A stretch of 39,358 nt of DNA from an uncultured Bdellovibrionales bacterium (GCA_964650155.1 CAZYRE010000007.1:1-39358); one strand, 5' to 3'. Counted from the first letter of the stretch, positions 1-10,031 are shown. Notes: generated from the sequence alone by a model not told the origin. Made by a program: numbers and translations.

Positions 1-581
1 AAATCAGGTGCGACGGCATCATCGTAAATAAACTTCGCAGCTTCTTCAGCGAGATCTATTAAGGCTTCCTGCTCCTGTCCGCGGCTTAATTCAACATCAG
101 AAAGAGAAGCTAAGGTTGCAGCATCAAGTCCACTTTGTGCAAAATCAGCAGATGAAGTAACGACAGTGGAACTAGTGGTGCCGAACCCTTTGGCTACACG
201 CATAATTGGATTACGCCATAGAACAGCACCATTCTTCCGTCTTAGCTCACCCCAAAGTTGAGCCACAGTTTCATATTGCAGGACTGTATCACTACCACTT
301 GTTACGCTGCGAGCTTCTCTATCAACAGAGATAACTTCAACACTTAAAACTGCATCTGATGTTTTTGCTTCTTCTACAATTGAGAGAACGCCAAATCTCT
401 CAAATCTTTCGCGAAGGGCTTCGGTAAGGAGATTAGTAAATCTGTTTTCAGAAGTTTGATTTTCAACAGTTGGGATGTAAACAGTTTTTACATCCTGTGG
501 CAGGACGCTGCCACTACCTTGAAAAGTGTAGCCACATCCAGAAAGAAGCATAAGGCAACTGATGAGAAGGTGAATTTTCAT
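1..581 (-). CDS. lptE: LptE-like outer-membrane lipoprotein (LPS-assembly lipoprotein); C-terminal end runs off the window start
   Basis: The minus-strand frame is open from ATG (579-581) to position 1. I checked it triplet by triplet and found no stop. It is missing from the ORF track because no stop lies in the window. The N-terminus MKIHLLISCLMLLSGC is a lipoprotein signal peptide with a lipobox (LSG|C). The mature start CGYTFQGSGSVLPQDVKTVYIPTVENQTS resembles the LptE/RlpB family. The family call comes from pattern memory only. Confidence 0.5.
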   Translation of the reverse strand, partial: MKIHLLISCLMLLSGCGYTFQGSGSVLPQDVKTVYIPTVENQTSENRFTNLLTEALRERFERFGVLSIVEEAKTSDAVLSVEVISVDREARSVTSGSDTVLQYETVAQLWGELRRKNGAVLWRNPIMRVAKGFGTTSSTVVTSSADFAQSGLDAATLASLSDVELSRGQEQEALIDLAEEAAKFIYDDAVAPD

Positions 582-583
582 TT

Positions 584-925
584 TTATCCTTTCTTATCCT
601 TCATTCGGCTAATTCTATCAGGCAAGGTATTGGCATATGCTAAAATGGCGCGACCCCTACTTTCAAGCCCTTTCAAATCTTCTACTGTTTGACCTTTTAA
701 TCCGTCAACTAGACCCAAAACAGCAGAATGCTTTTCTGCTAGATCTGTAAGCTGTTCTCGCGAAAAAATCTTATTCTGTATTAACCCCTGCTCCCCACCT
801 TGTGCGGCAAGCCAAGCTTCAAAAGCCTTTGTGTAATCTTCAATTTGAGAAAGTTTAACTTGCGTGGGTGATGACGTATCTCTAAGAACTGAATCTGCTA
901 TCGATAGTAGTTGGTCTATATCCAC
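584..925 (-). CDS. hypothetical small protein (113 aa), predicted helical, no recognisable motif
   Basis: Complete ORF with a GTG start that overlaps the fabI TAG by 1 nt. Its stop lies 2 nt before the lptE-like ATG, so it is tightly packed between two real genes. I recognise no family. Confidence 0.5.
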   Translation of the reverse strand: MDIDQLLSIADSVLRDTSSPTQVKLSQIEDYTKAFEAWLAAQGGEQGLIQNKIFSREQLTDLAEKHSAVLGLVDGLKGQTVEDLKGLESRGRAILAYANTLPDRISRMKDKKG

Positions 926-1695
926 TACACACCAGTAACATTATATCCACAATCAACAAATGTGGTTTCTCCAGTGATACCGGAGCTAAGATCACTCAAG
1001 TAGAATAAAGCAGAGCCTGCGACATCCTCCTGCGTAACGTTGCGTCGTAGAGGAGAACGAGACTCAAACATACTTAAAAGTTCTCTAAAGTGAGGGATTC
1101 CTGAAGCAGCAAGAGTTTTAAGCGGGCCAGCAGAGATAGCATTAACTCTGATTTTGTCTGGTCCAAGATCTGTCGCTAAATAACGGACTGCGGATTCTAG
1201 AGCTGCCTTGGCCACACCCATTACATTGTAATATGGAATTGTGCGCTGTGCCCCGAGATATGAAAGGGTAATTATAGAACCACCCTTCTCTTTCATTAAA
1301 GGAAAAGCTCCTTTAGAGACAGCAATCAAAGAATACGCTGAGACATCGAGAGCCATAGAGAATCCAGCTCTACTGGTCTCATGGAAACGCCCTTTCAAAT
1401 CATCACCATTAGCAAAGGCTACTGAGTGCACTACCGCATCTAATGTCCCCCACTTAGAAGCAACTTCGCTGTAGAGATTTGCGATCTCTGCATCTGACTG
1501 AACATCACAAGGGAAAACATTATTGCACCCGAGACTTTCAGCTAATGGACGTACCCGTCTCTCGATAGCAGAATTTACATAAGTAAAGGCGAGCTCGGCA
1601 CCATGTTCATGAAGCTTCTGGGCAATACCCCAAGCGATACTCTTCTCGTTTGCAACACCGAAGATTAACGCCTTCTTCCCAGCAAATAGCTTCAT
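925..1695 (-). CDS. fabI: enoyl-[acyl-carrier-protein] reductase (NADH), FabI
   Basis: 256 aa. Has the N-terminal dinucleotide fold GKKALIFGVANEKSIAWGIA and the Tyr-x6-Lys active-site segment YNVMGVAKAALE. It aligns along its full length to the FabI SDR pattern. Confidence 0.93.
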   Translation of the reverse strand: MKLFAGKKALIFGVANEKSIAWGIAQKLHEHGAELAFTYVNSAIERRVRPLAESLGCNNVFPCDVQSDAEIANLYSEVASKWGTLDAVVHSVAFANGDDLKGRFHETSRAGFSMALDVSAYSLIAVSKGAFPLMKEKGGSIITLSYLGAQRTIPYYNVMGVAKAALESAVRYLATDLGPDKIRVNAISAGPLKTLAASGIPHFRELLSMFESRSPLRRNVTQEDVAGSALFYLSDLSSGITGETTFVDCGYNVTGV

Positions 1696-1700
1696 CGATC

Positions 1701-2207
1701 CTACTCTTCCTTTGCAGATTTCTTTGTAGATTTTTTAGCAGTTGTCTTCTTCGTTGGAGCATCATCTGACTTAGCAGCAGCCTTCTTTGCTGTTGCTTTC
1801 TTAGCTGGTTTCTCAGCCGCAGAATCTGTTGAGGCAGAAGCATTAACTGCTCCCTTCTCTACGAACTCAATAACTGCCATCTCTGTAGCATCGCCAGGTC
1901 TTACAGAAGAGCGAACGATACGTGTATACCCACCACTTCGGCTCTTAAAGCGTGGTCCCAAATCGGTAAACAATTTCGATACAGCAGCACCATCAAGCAT
2001 GTAAGAATCGGCCAGTCTTCTGTTGTGAACAGTATCAACTCGACCAAGTGTTACATACTTCTCAACAAGAGGACGTAACTCTTTTGCCTTAGCAACTGTA
2101 GTAGTAATTTTCTCTTTAAGAACAAGAGATGTCACAAGGTTACGTAACAAAGCACGACGATGTGACTTTGTGCGTCCTAGGGCTCTTAATGATAATTGGT
2201 GTCGCAT
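1701..2207 (-). CDS. rplQ: 50S ribosomal protein L17 with Lys/Ala-rich C-terminal tail
   Basis: MRHQLSLRALGRTKSHRRALLRNL is the L17 signature. It follows rpoA as in the alpha operon. About 40 extra C-terminal residues are AKK-rich. Confidence 0.95.
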   Translation of the reverse strand: MRHQLSLRALGRTKSHRRALLRNLVTSLVLKEKITTTVAKAKELRPLVEKYVTLGRVDTVHNRRLADSYMLDGAAVSKLFTDLGPRFKSRSGGYTRIVRSSVRPGDATEMAVIEFVEKGAVNASASTDSAAEKPAKKATAKKAAAKSDDAPTKKTTAKKSTKKSAKEE

Positions 2208-2255
2208 ACATCTATCCTAAATAATTCATTCAAGGCCATGTTACTGGCCTTTTCA

Positions 2256-3284
2256 TTAAAGAGCTGGATCTGAAGCTACTTCACGCGCACGAGCTTCAAG
2301 ATCAGATCTTGGTGGGAAATCATCGAGCTTCATTCCCAATGTAAGTCCCATAACAGTTAAGATCTCTTTGATCTCGTTTAACGACTTCCGGCCAAAGTTC
2401 TTAGTTCTGAGCATCTCTGCTTCAGATCTCTGAACTAGCTCACCGATAAACTTAATGTCAGCGTTCTCTAAGCAATTTGCACTTCTTACGCTTAACTCAA
2501 GTTCATCAATGCGTCGGAAAAGATTTGGGTTAAAGGCCTCACGAGGAGACTCTTGAACTTCACTCTTAACTTCCTCAACTACGTAGTCACCTACGAACAA
2601 TGAGAGCTGATCACGAAGGATGTGTGCTGCTTCGGCAACAGCAGTTCTTGGATCAACGCTACCGTTGGTCCAAATTTCCATCGTTAATTTGTCATAGTCA
2701 GTGCGTTGACCTACGCGAGCCTGAGTAATGACATGATTTACCTTCCGTATCGGAGAGTAAATTGAATCAAGATAAATTGTTCCAATTGGAGATTCATCGG
2801 CACGGTTACGATCAGCTGGCACATATCCACGACCTTTCTTGACGATGATGTTTACGCTTAACTTGGCACCTTCAGCCAAAGTAGCAATGTGCGCCTGAGG
2901 ATTTACTACTATTACGTTTGGATCCCCGCTGATCATTCCAGCTGTAACTACACATGGACCCTGAGCTTCAATGCGAACATTGGCTTCATTCTTCTCGTCC
3001 ATTCGTAGGACAACTTCTTTGAAGTTAAGAACTATCTCTGTAACGTCCTCTTTTACTCCGGCGATAGTGGAGAACTCGTGTTGAACACCTTCAATCGAGA
3101 TCTGAGTAATGGCACTTCCCTGTAAGGACGAGAGGAGAATTCTGCGGATAGCATTACCAAGGGTAATACCAAGTCCACGTTCAAGTGGCTCAGCAACGAA
3201 TTTGCCATACCGCTCATCGAGAGTTTTTGATTCGATCTCTACACGACGTGGCTTAATGATATCGATGAGACTTGTTCGGCGCAT
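2256..3284 (-). CDS. rpoA: DNA-directed RNA polymerase subunit alpha
   Basis: 342 aa. Contains [27 protein letters not shown] and the C-terminal-domain segment [11 protein letters not shown]. Confidence 0.97.
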   Translation of the reverse strand: MRRTSLIDIIKPRRVEIESKTLDERYGKFVAEPLERGLGITLGNAIRRILLSSLQGSAITQISIEGVQHEFSTIAGVKEDVTEIVLNFKEVVLRMDEKNEANVRIEAQGPCVVTAGMISGDPNVIVVNPQAHIATLAEGAKLSVNIIVKKGRGYVPADRNRADESPIGTIYLDSIYSPIRKVNHVITQARVGQRTDYDKLTMEIWTNGSVDPRTAVAEAAHILRDQLSLFVGDYVVEEVKSEVQESPREAFNPNLFRRIDELELSVRSANCLENADIKFIGELVQRSEAEMLRTKNFGRKSLNEIKEILTVMGLTLGMKLDDFPPRSDLEARAREVASDPAL

Positions 3285-3327
3285 ACGGTTTCTCTCCCTA
3301 AAAACTATTTATAACTCAAACTTTTAA

Positions 3328-3954
3328 TTACCGAGAGAAGAGCTCAACTACTAATTGCTCATTCATCGGTTGCGTAATCTGATCACGTGTTGGTAAGGCC
3401 TCAATTGTTGCTTTCTTTGTATCGCGATCTAAATTAATCCAAGTTGGAACACTTCTGCTCTGTGAAAGAGTAAGTGCGCCAACAATAGCAACACCATCTT
3501 TGCTCTTTTGTTGCACTTCAATCACATCGCCGATTGATGTTTGATACGACGGAATATCAACACGTTTTCCATTAACAAGTATCAAGCCATGGCGAACTAG
3601 TTGTCGAGCATGACGACGAGAGAAAGCGAAACCTGAACGGAAGACCATATTATCAAGACGCTTCTCTAATCTTAAGATAAGCTCTGTACCTGTCATTCCC
3701 TTACTTCTGGTAGCACGCTCAAAGAACCCACGGAACTGCTTCTCGAGTAGGCCGTAAATTCTCTTCATCTTCTGCTTCTCACGAAGCTGAAGTTTGAAAC
3801 CGGATCCTTTGCTTCTTCTCTTTCCGTGTTGACCTGGACCGCCTTCACGACGTTCAACAGAACACTTTGGACCAAAGCAACGCTCGCCCTTTAAGAAAAG
3901 CTTCTCGCCTTCGGCGCGACACAAACGACAAACTGAACCACAATACTTGCCCAT
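3328..3954 (-). CDS. rpsD: 30S ribosomal protein S4
   Basis: MGKYCGSVCRLCRAEGEKLFLKGERC is the S4 N-terminus. It sits between rpsK and rpoA. Confidence 0.97.
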   Translation of the reverse strand: MGKYCGSVCRLCRAEGEKLFLKGERCFGPKCSVERREGGPGQHGKRRSKGSGFKLQLREKQKMKRIYGLLEKQFRGFFERATRSKGMTGTELILRLEKRLDNMVFRSGFAFSRRHARQLVRHGLILVNGKRVDIPSYQTSIGDVIEVQQKSKDGVAIVGALTLSQSRSVPTWINLDRDTKKATIEALPTRDQITQPMNEQLVVELFSR

Positions 3955-3987
3955 TTTCTTTACGAGCTCCTCAAAATTATCAAAAAC

Positions 3988-4401
3988 TTAAATACGACGA
4001 CGTTTTGGCGGACGACATCCGTTATGCGGAACGGATGTGATATCCCGAATTGTTGAAATGTTTAGCCCACTCTGCGCAAGCGCTCTAAGAGCAGACTCAC
4101 GACCTGCTCCAGGACCACGAACAAAAACATTCACTGTACGAAGACCATGCTCCATCGCCTTACGAGCAGCTGTTTCAGCAGCAACTTGGGCAGCGAATGG
4201 GGTTGATTTACGAGATCCCTTGAAGCCACCACATCCAGCACTTGACCAGGACAGAACCTGACCAACTACATCGGTGATAGTAACAATTGTATTATTAAAC
4301 GTTGCATTGATGTGAGCTACACCAACTGGAACATTCTTTCTGGCAGTTTTTTTCTTCTTGCCAGTATCTTTGGTAGCCTCTGTTTGTTGCGTCTCAGCCA
4401 C
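3988..4401 (-). CDS. rpsK: 30S ribosomal protein S11
   Basis: [18 protein letters not shown]...[14 protein letters not shown] is the S11 signature. The track start at 4410 overlaps the AGGAG Shine-Dalgarno (SD) site. The GTG at 4399-4401 lies 8 nt after AGGAG and is preferred. Confidence 0.94.
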   Translation of the reverse strand: MAETQQTEATKDTGKKKKTARKNVPVGVAHINATFNNTIVTITDVVGQVLSWSSAGCGGFKGSRKSTPFAAQVAAETAARKAMEHGLRTVNVFVRGPGAGRESALRALAQSGLNISTIRDITSVPHNGCRPPKRRRI

Positions 4402-4437
4402 TTGTAACACTCCTAAGTAAATTCAAATTAGATTAAA

Positions 4438-4812
4438 TTAAACCACTTTCTTCTTAACTACAGCTGCCTTACGAGGACCCTTTCGAGTACGCGCATTAGT
4501 CTGAGTTCTTTGTCCACGAACAGGCAAGCCACGACGATGACGAAGACCACGATAGCAACCAAGATCCATAAGGCGCTTGATGCTCATCGTAACTTCACGA
4601 CGAAGATCGCCTTCCACCTTCTCACGACTTTCAATAATCGATCGAATTTTTGAAACCTGTTCATCGGTCAGATCGTCGGTGCGGAGATCGAAACTGATTC
4701 CCGCCTCCTTCAAAATTCTTTGAGACATCGAACGACCGATGCCGTAAATGTAAGTAAGTCCGATAACAACTCTTTTGTTACGAGGAAGAATGACGCCGGC
4801 TATTCGAGCCAT
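4438..4812 (-). CDS. rpsM: 30S ribosomal protein S13
   Basis: [28 protein letters not shown] is the S13 signature. Confidence 0.97.
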   Translation of the reverse strand: MARIAGVILPRNKRVVIGLTYIYGIGRSMSQRILKEAGISFDLRTDDLTDEQVSKIRSIIESREKVEGDLRREVTMSIKRLMDLGCYRGLRHRRGLPVRGQRTQTNARTRKGPRKAAVVKKKVV

Positions 4813-4835
4813 AATTTTACACCGCTCCTAAAAAT

Positions 4836-4952
4836 TTATCCTTGACGCTGCTTATGCTTTGGTGTTCTGCTACAAATAACGTAGACAACACCTTTACGAC
4901 GAACGACTTTGCAATAGTCACAAATTGGTTTGACTGAGGCTCTAACTTTCAC
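4836..4952 (-). CDS. rpmJ: 50S ribosomal protein L36 (zinc-ribbon type)
   Basis: Not in the ORF track because it is shorter than 60 aa. Hand translation from the GTG start gives [38 protein letters not shown], the classic L36. GGAG lies upstream. It sits 23 nt before rpsM. Confidence 0.9.
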   Translation of the reverse strand: MKVRASVKPICDYCKVVRRKGVVYVICSRTPKHKQRQG

Positions 4953-5226
4953 GAACTAACACTCCAAAAAGTGCACTTTTTTAAAAGCACAAATAAAAAT
5001 ACGCGCAGAACTCTTCCACTAATCTTTTCAGCAGCACCAAATATTTGCTGCAAAAAAGATCGGATTCTGACGATCACAACCGGGAAATATCACCGGAAGT
5101 TACCGAAGAAACTGCAAGTTTCCGCCTAAATACTCGGGATCACTGGCGCCGAGAGTGGCAGATAATACACACTTGCCAAAACAATCTCAAGGTACCCAGC
5201 ACAAAAAAAGCTGCGAAATTAGCTTA

Positions 5227-5817
5227 TTAAGAAGCTGGAGTTGGTCCAAGAATGGCGCAAATATCTGTAAAAATGGCCTTAATTGAAGCAGTCCCTTTAA
5301 CCTTAGTTAACCTATTAGAATTACTATAAAAATTAGCTACAGGGGCCGTTTGAGCATAATAAGTTTTTAAACGCTCTTCTATGACCTCCTTGGTGTCATC
5401 ACTACGGCCAGAGGCTTTGCCTCGATTAACCAGTCTTTCGATCAAAACACCGTCAGGAACAGCCAACTCAATTACATATTGGAGAGGCTTTTCGAGTCTG
5501 GCCAGTAACGCATCCAAGGCTTCTGCTTGAGCCACCGTACGCGGAAATCCATCTAGCAAGAACCCATTCTGGCAATCAGGTTGAGTCAATCTAGAATTTA
5601 TAATCTCGATAACCAGGGTATCTGGGACTAATTTTCCAGCATCGAGAAAACCCTTAGCTTGTTTTCCAAGCTCAGTGCCATCTGCAACTGCTTTCCGCAT
5701 GATATCACCTGTAGATATATGAGGAATTTTGTACGATTTAGATATTTGCTCGGCTTGTGTCCCCTTCCCTGCACCAGGAGCGCCCAACAAAACTAATCTC
5801 ACTGCTGCAGCGCCCAT
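5227..5817 (-). CDS. adk: adenylate kinase
   Basis: P-loop LLGAPGAGKGTQ, then HISTGDIMR and DGFPRTVAQAEAL. GGAG lies 9 nt before the ATG. It follows secY as in spc operons. Confidence 0.95.
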   Translation of the reverse strand: MGAAAVRLVLLGAPGAGKGTQAEQISKSYKIPHISTGDIMRKAVADGTELGKQAKGFLDAGKLVPDTLVIEIINSRLTQPDCQNGFLLDGFPRTVAQAEALDALLARLEKPLQYVIELAVPDGVLIERLVNRGKASGRSDDTKEVIEERLKTYYAQTAPVANFYSNSNRLTKVKGTASIKAIFTDICAILGPTPAS

Positions 5818-5832
5818 CTAATCTAACTCCGA

Positions 5833-7173
5833 TTAACGACGAAGTAATCTTGCTCGAGAATGTGAAACAGATCCGATGCCACCTCGTTGCTTAGAAGTTT
5901 TGCCCATGAACTCTTCATAGTTTCTAGCAACAACATGAGATTCGATCTGTGAAACTGTATCTAGAATAACACCAACAGCAATCAAAACTGATGTGCCGCC
6001 AAATATATAAGCAAACCCGCGAACACCAAGTTCTAAGTAAACCAACTGTGGAACTATACAAATTAATGAAATATAAATTGCACCCCAAAGAGTCAATCTA
6101 TTCAACACGCCATAAAGAAAATCAGCTGTCTGCTTGCCAGGACGAACAGTGGGAATAAAGCCACCATTCTTTTTTAAATTCTCTGCCACCTCTGGTGGAT
6201 TAAAAATCATCGCAGTGTAAAAGAATGCGAAGAAAATTATTAATCCAGTAAAAACTAATGAGTATACCAGAGATCCCGGTGTTAAGTGGGACATAAAATC
6301 AGCAAGCGTTTCGTTCGTACTTATTGAAGCAATAGTTGCTGGCAAAACTAGAAATGCAGATGCAAAGATTGGAGGAATAACGCCAGACATATTGACCTTC
6401 AAAGGCATGTACTGAGTCTGAGCCTGAGTGACCTTATTCCCGATCATCCTTCGTGGATACTGAATTGGAATTCGTCTATGAGACCGCTCAACAAAAACTA
6501 TTCCAGCTATGGTTATAAAACTCATAGCTAAAACTATTAGAATAGTAATTGGGGCAACTTCTTGATTTCGAGCTAACACTAATGTTGAAAATAATGTTTC
6601 TGGCATTCGTGCGACTATACCAGCAAACACTACTATACTAGTGCCGTTGCCAATTCCACGCTCATTAATCTGCTCGCCCAGCCACATGATGAAGGCAGTC
6701 CCAGCAGATAAAGTTAATGCAGTAGTAATACGAAATTGCCAACCAGGAGTGAGGACCACGCCTTGTCCTTCAAGACCGATAGCGATCATAGTTCCTTGGA
6801 AGAGAGCCAAAAGAACAGTGAATTGCCGTGTGTATCTGGTGATTACTCTTTGTCCTTGCTCGCCATCTTTCTTCAATCTTTCAAGCGCTGGAATACTTGA
6901 AGTAAGGAGCTGCATGATAATGGAAACTGAAATGTACGGCATGATGCCGAGAGTGAAGATGGAGAATTGCTCCAATGCTCCACCTGAGAACATGTTAACT
7001 AGACCAAAGAGCGTGCCATCTCCTGTGTCGAACATTCGACGGAGTGCTTCAACATCGATACCTGGGGTCGAAACGAAGATGCCGAATCTATAGACGGCTA
7101 ACATTCCCAACGTGAATAGAACTCGTTTCCGTAATTCTGGAATCTTTGAGATTCCTTGCATCCCTACTGCCAT
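5833..7173 (-). CDS. secY: preprotein translocase subunit SecY
   Basis: 446 aa, multi-pass membrane protein. Contains LFGLVNMFSGGALEQFSIFTLGIMPYI and the GEQINERGIGNG motif. Confidence 0.97.
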   Translation of the reverse strand: MAVGMQGISKIPELRKRVLFTLGMLAVYRFGIFVSTPGIDVEALRRMFDTGDGTLFGLVNMFSGGALEQFSIFTLGIMPYISVSIIMQLLTSSIPALERLKKDGEQGQRVITRYTRQFTVLLALFQGTMIAIGLEGQGVVLTPGWQFRITTALTLSAGTAFIMWLGEQINERGIGNGTSIVVFAGIVARMPETLFSTLVLARNQEVAPITILIVLAMSFITIAGIVFVERSHRRIPIQYPRRMIGNKVTQAQTQYMPLKVNMSGVIPPIFASAFLVLPATIASISTNETLADFMSHLTPGSLVYSLVFTGLIIFFAFFYTAMIFNPPEVAENLKKNGGFIPTVRPGKQTADFLYGVLNRLTLWGAIYISLICIVPQLVYLELGVRGFAYIFGGTSVLIAVGVILDTVSQIESHVVARNYEEFMGKTSKQRGGIGSVSHSRARLLRR

Positions 7174-7234
7174 GGGTCTTCTTCCCTCCGAAGAAACTCA
7201 AAATATCTAGAGACCTGGAAACACGTTCTGAAGA

Positions 7235-7717
7235 TTAAGCTGTAGGCTTTTCAGAAAGTGGTACGATCTCAACCGAACCACCAATCTTCTCTACTGCAGC
7301 CTTAGCACCCTCAGAGATCGCTTGGACAGTAAGTTTTAACTTCTTCGTTAATCCAGGAGAAGAAAGAATCTTCACCCCGATTCCAAAGTTAGTATTCTTA
7401 ACTAGACCACGATTCTTTAGTGCCTCAAGATCAACTGTTGCACCAGCGTCAAATACTTCTAAAGCACCTAGCTTAACAATGTGGTAATGATTCCTACCAG
7501 TCACGCTCACGTGAGATGTAAAGCCGATTTTTGGCAATCGTCTGTAAAGAGGCATCTGACCACCCTCAAATCCAGGACGAATCGATCCACCAGATCTAGC
7601 GGTCTGACCTTTTCCACCACGACCAGATGTTTTACCAGCCCCAGATCCCTCTCCACGGCCAACTCTACGTCTTACTTTTCTTGAGCCATGTGCTGGGGTT
7701 AATTTTGAAAGTTCCAT
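7235..7717 (-). CDS. rplO: 50S ribosomal protein L15
   Basis: GRGEGSGAGKTSGRGGKGQTARSG...GFEGGQMPLYRRLPK is the L15 signature. Confidence 0.96.
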   Translation of the reverse strand: MELSKLTPAHGSRKVRRRVGRGEGSGAGKTSGRGGKGQTARSGGSIRPGFEGGQMPLYRRLPKIGFTSHVSVTGRNHYHIVKLGALEVFDAGATVDLEALKNRGLVKNTNFGIGVKILSSPGLTKKLKLTVQAISEGAKAAVEKIGGSVEIVPLSEKPTA

Positions 7718-7774
7718 GTGTTTCTCCTACGCAGCGAAATTGTATGCGAAATTTATAATCGCCAAATAAAAAAA

Positions 7775-7969
7775 TTATCCTTTTGCTTCTTCTACAGTCA
7801 CAAGGTGACGGATAGTTCTAACCATTCCTTCAACTGCTGGATTAAGTGTAACCACAACACTCTTGCCAACGCGTCCAAGACCAAGCGCTTTTAGCTGATT
7901 GTCAACCTTCGTAGCTCTGCAAGCTGTGCTACGAATCTGCTTGAGTAACAATTTTTGTCCAGTTTTCAT
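7775..7969 (-). CDS. rpmD: 50S ribosomal protein L30
   Basis: KLLLKQIRSTACRATKVDNQLKALGLGRVGKSV fits the L30 pattern. The ATG at 7967-7969 (MKTGQK...) is a more plausible start than the track start at 7984. Confidence 0.9.
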   Translation of the reverse strand: MKTGQKLLLKQIRSTACRATKVDNQLKALGLGRVGKSVVVTLNPAVEGMVRTIRHLVTVEEAKG

Positions 7970-7993
7970 AAACACAAAATCCAAAAAATTTAA

Positions 7994-8530
7994 TTATGCG
8001 CTTTGATAGCCAACTTCAGCTAACTGCAAGCCACGTCCCCGAGCTACGGATTCAGCAGTTCTAAGTCTTAGAAGGCCTTCTATCGCCGCTGAGAGAACAT
8101 TATTGGGATTATTAGAACCTATTACCTTAGTTCTAATGTCTTTAATGCCTGCAGCTTCGGCAACTGCGCGAACAGCGGCTCCTGCGATAACACCAGTTCC
8201 TGGCTTACCAGGAAGAAGTACTACCTTAGTAGGTCCAAACTTTCCGACTACATCATGCGGAATCGTTGTTCCATGAAGAGGGACTCTGATGACTGCTTTT
8301 CTGGCTTGCTCCCCACCCTTAGTGATAGCAACTGGAACCTCACCTGACTTTCCAAGGCCGTAACCTACATGTCCAGCACCATCTCCTGTAACAACTAGAG
8401 CTGTGAAACCGAAGCGTCGACCACCTTTTACTACCTTTGCAGTACGGTTGATAAACACCACTGTTTCTTTCATCTCAGCACCCTGTGGGAGCTGTACTCG
8501 GCGGGAGGTGAAACTACTCTTAAACGACAT
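7994..8530 (-). CDS. rpsE: 30S ribosomal protein S5
   Basis: [39 protein letters not shown] is the S5 signature. Confidence 0.96.
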   Translation of the reverse strand: MSFKSSFTSRRVQLPQGAEMKETVVFINRTAKVVKGGRRFGFTALVVTGDGAGHVGYGLGKSGEVPVAITKGGEQARKAVIRVPLHGTTIPHDVVGKFGPTKVVLLPGKPGTGVIAGAAVRAVAEAAGIKDIRTKVIGSNNPNNVLSAAIEGLLRLRTAESVARGRGLQLAEVGYQSA

Positions 8531-8560
8531 ATCTCTGTCCTATTCCTAAAATTCAACTAA

Positions 8561-8971
8561 CTAAAAATTTAGTCCTTGCTCACGAGCACCATCGGCCACA
8601 GCCTTGATGCGTCCATGATAGAGGTTACCATTTCTATCAAAAACAACTTTATCAACTTTTTTGTCCATCGCTCGCTTGGCCAATACCATACCAACAGCCA
8701 TTGCAGCGCGAACGCTCTTTGAGCTTTTAGCATCATTGTGAATAGCTTCGGACTTAACTGCGTCCAAGCTTTTCATAACATCTGCTTCTTGCGTAGAAGC
8801 AGTAACAATCACTCTACCAGTATCATCGTTGATTATCTGTGCTGAGGTATGTTTGCCACTTCTAAAGACACAGAGACGTGGCCTTAACTCATCGCCATGA
8901 ACTCTCTTACGGATAGCTACCTTCCGGCGCTCCCTTAATGTCAAATCACTTCTTTTCTGCCTAGTACTCAT
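8561..8971 (-). CDS. rplR: 50S ribosomal protein L18
   Basis: RKRVHGDELRPRLCVFRSGKHTSAQII...FDRNGNLYHGRIKAVADGAREQGL is the L18 signature. The ATG at 8969-8971 lies 6 nt after GGAG. The track TTG at 8977 abuts the SD. Confidence 0.95.
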   Translation of the reverse strand: MSTRQKRSDLTLRERRKVAIRKRVHGDELRPRLCVFRSGKHTSAQIINDDTGRVIVTASTQEADVMKSLDAVKSEAIHNDAKSSKSVRAAMAVGMVLAKRAMDKKVDKVVFDRNGNLYHGRIKAVADGAREQGLNF

Positions 8972-9010
8972 ATCCAACTCCGCAAAACTTACTTTGCAAT
9001 ATTTACAAGT

Positions 9011-9553
9011 CTACTTCTTACCTGCTTTACCAGCCTTACGACGTACGTACTGACCAACGATCCTAATGCCCTTACCAAGATAAGGCTCTGGTGGTCGTAC
9101 TTTTCTAATGTTGGCTGTAAAATTCCCTAAAACTTGTCGATCTGCAGATTCAAGGATAACGATGGTATTTTTATCTACCTTAGCTGTTACACCTGCTGGA
9201 ATCGGCATTAAAACTTCGTGAGAAAATCCAACAATCAACTTCAAAGAATTCTTAGCAATTGAAGCGTTGAATCCAACTCCTTGAAGCTCAAGGCTCTTAG
9301 TCCAAGTCTGATTCACACCTTTAACCATGTTGTTGATATTGGCTCTGGCACTACCCCAGTTAGCGCTGATCTGTGAATCATTTCCGGCTGTAGCAGATAG
9401 CACGATGGTTGAACCTTCTACCTTAGCGGAAATCCCACGGCCAAGTTGATACTGCAACTTTCCTTTTGGTCCCTGAATGGCGACGGTATTACCAGATACG
9501 CTAGCCTGAACCCCTTTTGGGATCTCAATTGGCCTTTTTCCTACTCGTGACAT
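9011..9553 (-). CDS. rplF: 50S ribosomal protein L6
   Basis: MSRVGKRPIEIPKGV...PPEPYLGKGIRIVGQYVRRKAGK is the L6 signature. Confidence 0.96.
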   Translation of the reverse strand: MSRVGKRPIEIPKGVQASVSGNTVAIQGPKGKLQYQLGRGISAKVEGSTIVLSATAGNDSQISANWGSARANINNMVKGVNQTWTKSLELQGVGFNASIAKNSLKLIVGFSHEVLMPIPAGVTAKVDKNTIVILESADRQVLGNFTANIRKVRPPEPYLGKGIRIVGQYVRRKAGKAGKK

Positions 9554-9602
9554 ACTCAGCTATCCTCTCAAACTTCTCTAATTCTTCATTCCTAAAATAT
9601 TT

Positions 9603-9998
9603 TTAGAATACGGTGGCTAAAACTTCTCCACCAATACCCAATCTTCTAGCTTCACGATCTGTCATTACGCCCTGTGATGTTGAAACAAGACATACTCCTA
9701 GACCGGAATTAATCTTTGGAAGTTTTGCAGATCTAGAATACTGACGACGCCCTGGTGAGCTAATACGACGGAGGCTGGAGATTAATGGCTCACCCTCTTC
9801 ATCATACTTTAGAAATACTTTGTATTCTTCAAATGAACCGACTTGCTCTTTATCAAAGGAATCAATGTATCCTTCCTTCTTAAGAGTATCCAATACCGCA
9901 GTGGCCATACGAGACACTGGAACCATCGTTGTACGATGATATGCCTTCTGGGCATTTCTAATTCTTGTTAACAAATCAGCTAAACTATCATTTACCAT
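9603..9998 (-). CDS. rpsH: 30S ribosomal protein S8
   Basis: DSLADLLTRIRNAQKAYH...GLGVCLVSTSQGVMTDREARRLGIGGEVL is the S8 signature. Confidence 0.96.
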   Translation of the reverse strand: MVNDSLADLLTRIRNAQKAYHRTTMVPVSRMATAVLDTLKKEGYIDSFDKEQVGSFEEYKVFLKYDEEGEPLISSLRRISSPGRRQYSRSAKLPKINSGLGVCLVSTSQGVMTDREARRLGIGGEVLATVF

Positions 9999-10031
9999 AT
10001 CGTCTCCTAAGTCCTAATAAGTGCTTGTGCA

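Noticed and set aside
5045-5230. 61-aa plus-strand ORF in the adk-rpmJ spacer.
   Set aside because: It has no SD and no recognisable sequence, it runs into the adk 3' end on the opposite strand, and it is just above the ORF length cut-off.
6641-7093. 150-aa plus-strand ORF inside secY. Similar long antisense ORFs occur at 17079-17501 (in tuf), 19909-20574 (in fusA and rpsG), 26999-27424 (in rpoC), 33737-34141 (opposite rplL), 12369-12689 and 11627-11974.
   Set aside because: Each lies entirely antisense to a high-confidence conserved gene. All have low-complexity or unnatural composition and no SD. These are typical shadow ORFs.
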